From contig NC_068994.1 of NCBI RefSeq assembly GCF_001194135.2, positions 59,698,088-59,762,087 of the forward strand: a stretch of 64,000 nucleotides of DNA, written 5' to 3'. The position numbers and the translations under genes are program-made. The DNA comes from Octopus bimaculoides. Taxonomy: Eukaryota. The notes beneath the pieces were generated by a model, which saw only the letters and a list, made by a program, of their open reading frames with translations, searched no databases and had not been told where the DNA came from. This document shows positions 63,975 to 64,000 of the stretch, piece by piece. Position 1 is the stretch's first letter, and each line of letters opens with the position of its first letter.

Positions 63975-64000
63975 TCAATATTCCTTTATCTTCTCCACAG
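63975..64000 (+). other. Candidate 3' splice acceptor at the window edge
   Basis: ttcctttatcttctccacag terminates the window; any exon would start at 64001. Confidence 0.4.

Noticed and set aside
1-64000. ORF track entries as protein-coding genes
   Set aside because: They are translations of (CA)n, (TA)n and (CAT)n repeats or run through N-gaps as X. None has a recognisable cellular domain.

Overview
AT-rich, microsatellite-saturated animal genomic DNA from a draft assembly with 15 N-gaps. The repeat families point to a coleoid cephalopod, most likely Octopus; this is inference from recalled repeat sequences, not a search result. I found no recognisable cellular protein-coding gene, rRNA, tRNA gene or CRISPR array. 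The ORF track consists of microsatellite, low-complexity and gap read-through. The supportable content is transposon debris: many tRNA-derived SINEs, RTE LINE 3' ends and RTE-tailed short elements including a young near-identical subfamily, three mariner 5' fragments, a hAT transposase fossil, two MITEs and Penelope-like (PLE) remnants. Several + strand splice signals suggest the window may lie largely inside a long-intron transcription unit, and it ends on a pyrimidine tract plus CAG. The best leads are a near-intact minimal hammerhead ribozyme at 34132-34180, two decayed hammerheads of a second family, a recursive-splice-site-like AG|GTAAGA with a 70-nt exon at 27255-27324, and several unexplained foldbacks. 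Coordinates of degenerate repeats are approximate, within about 20 bp. All translations and folds were done by eye.
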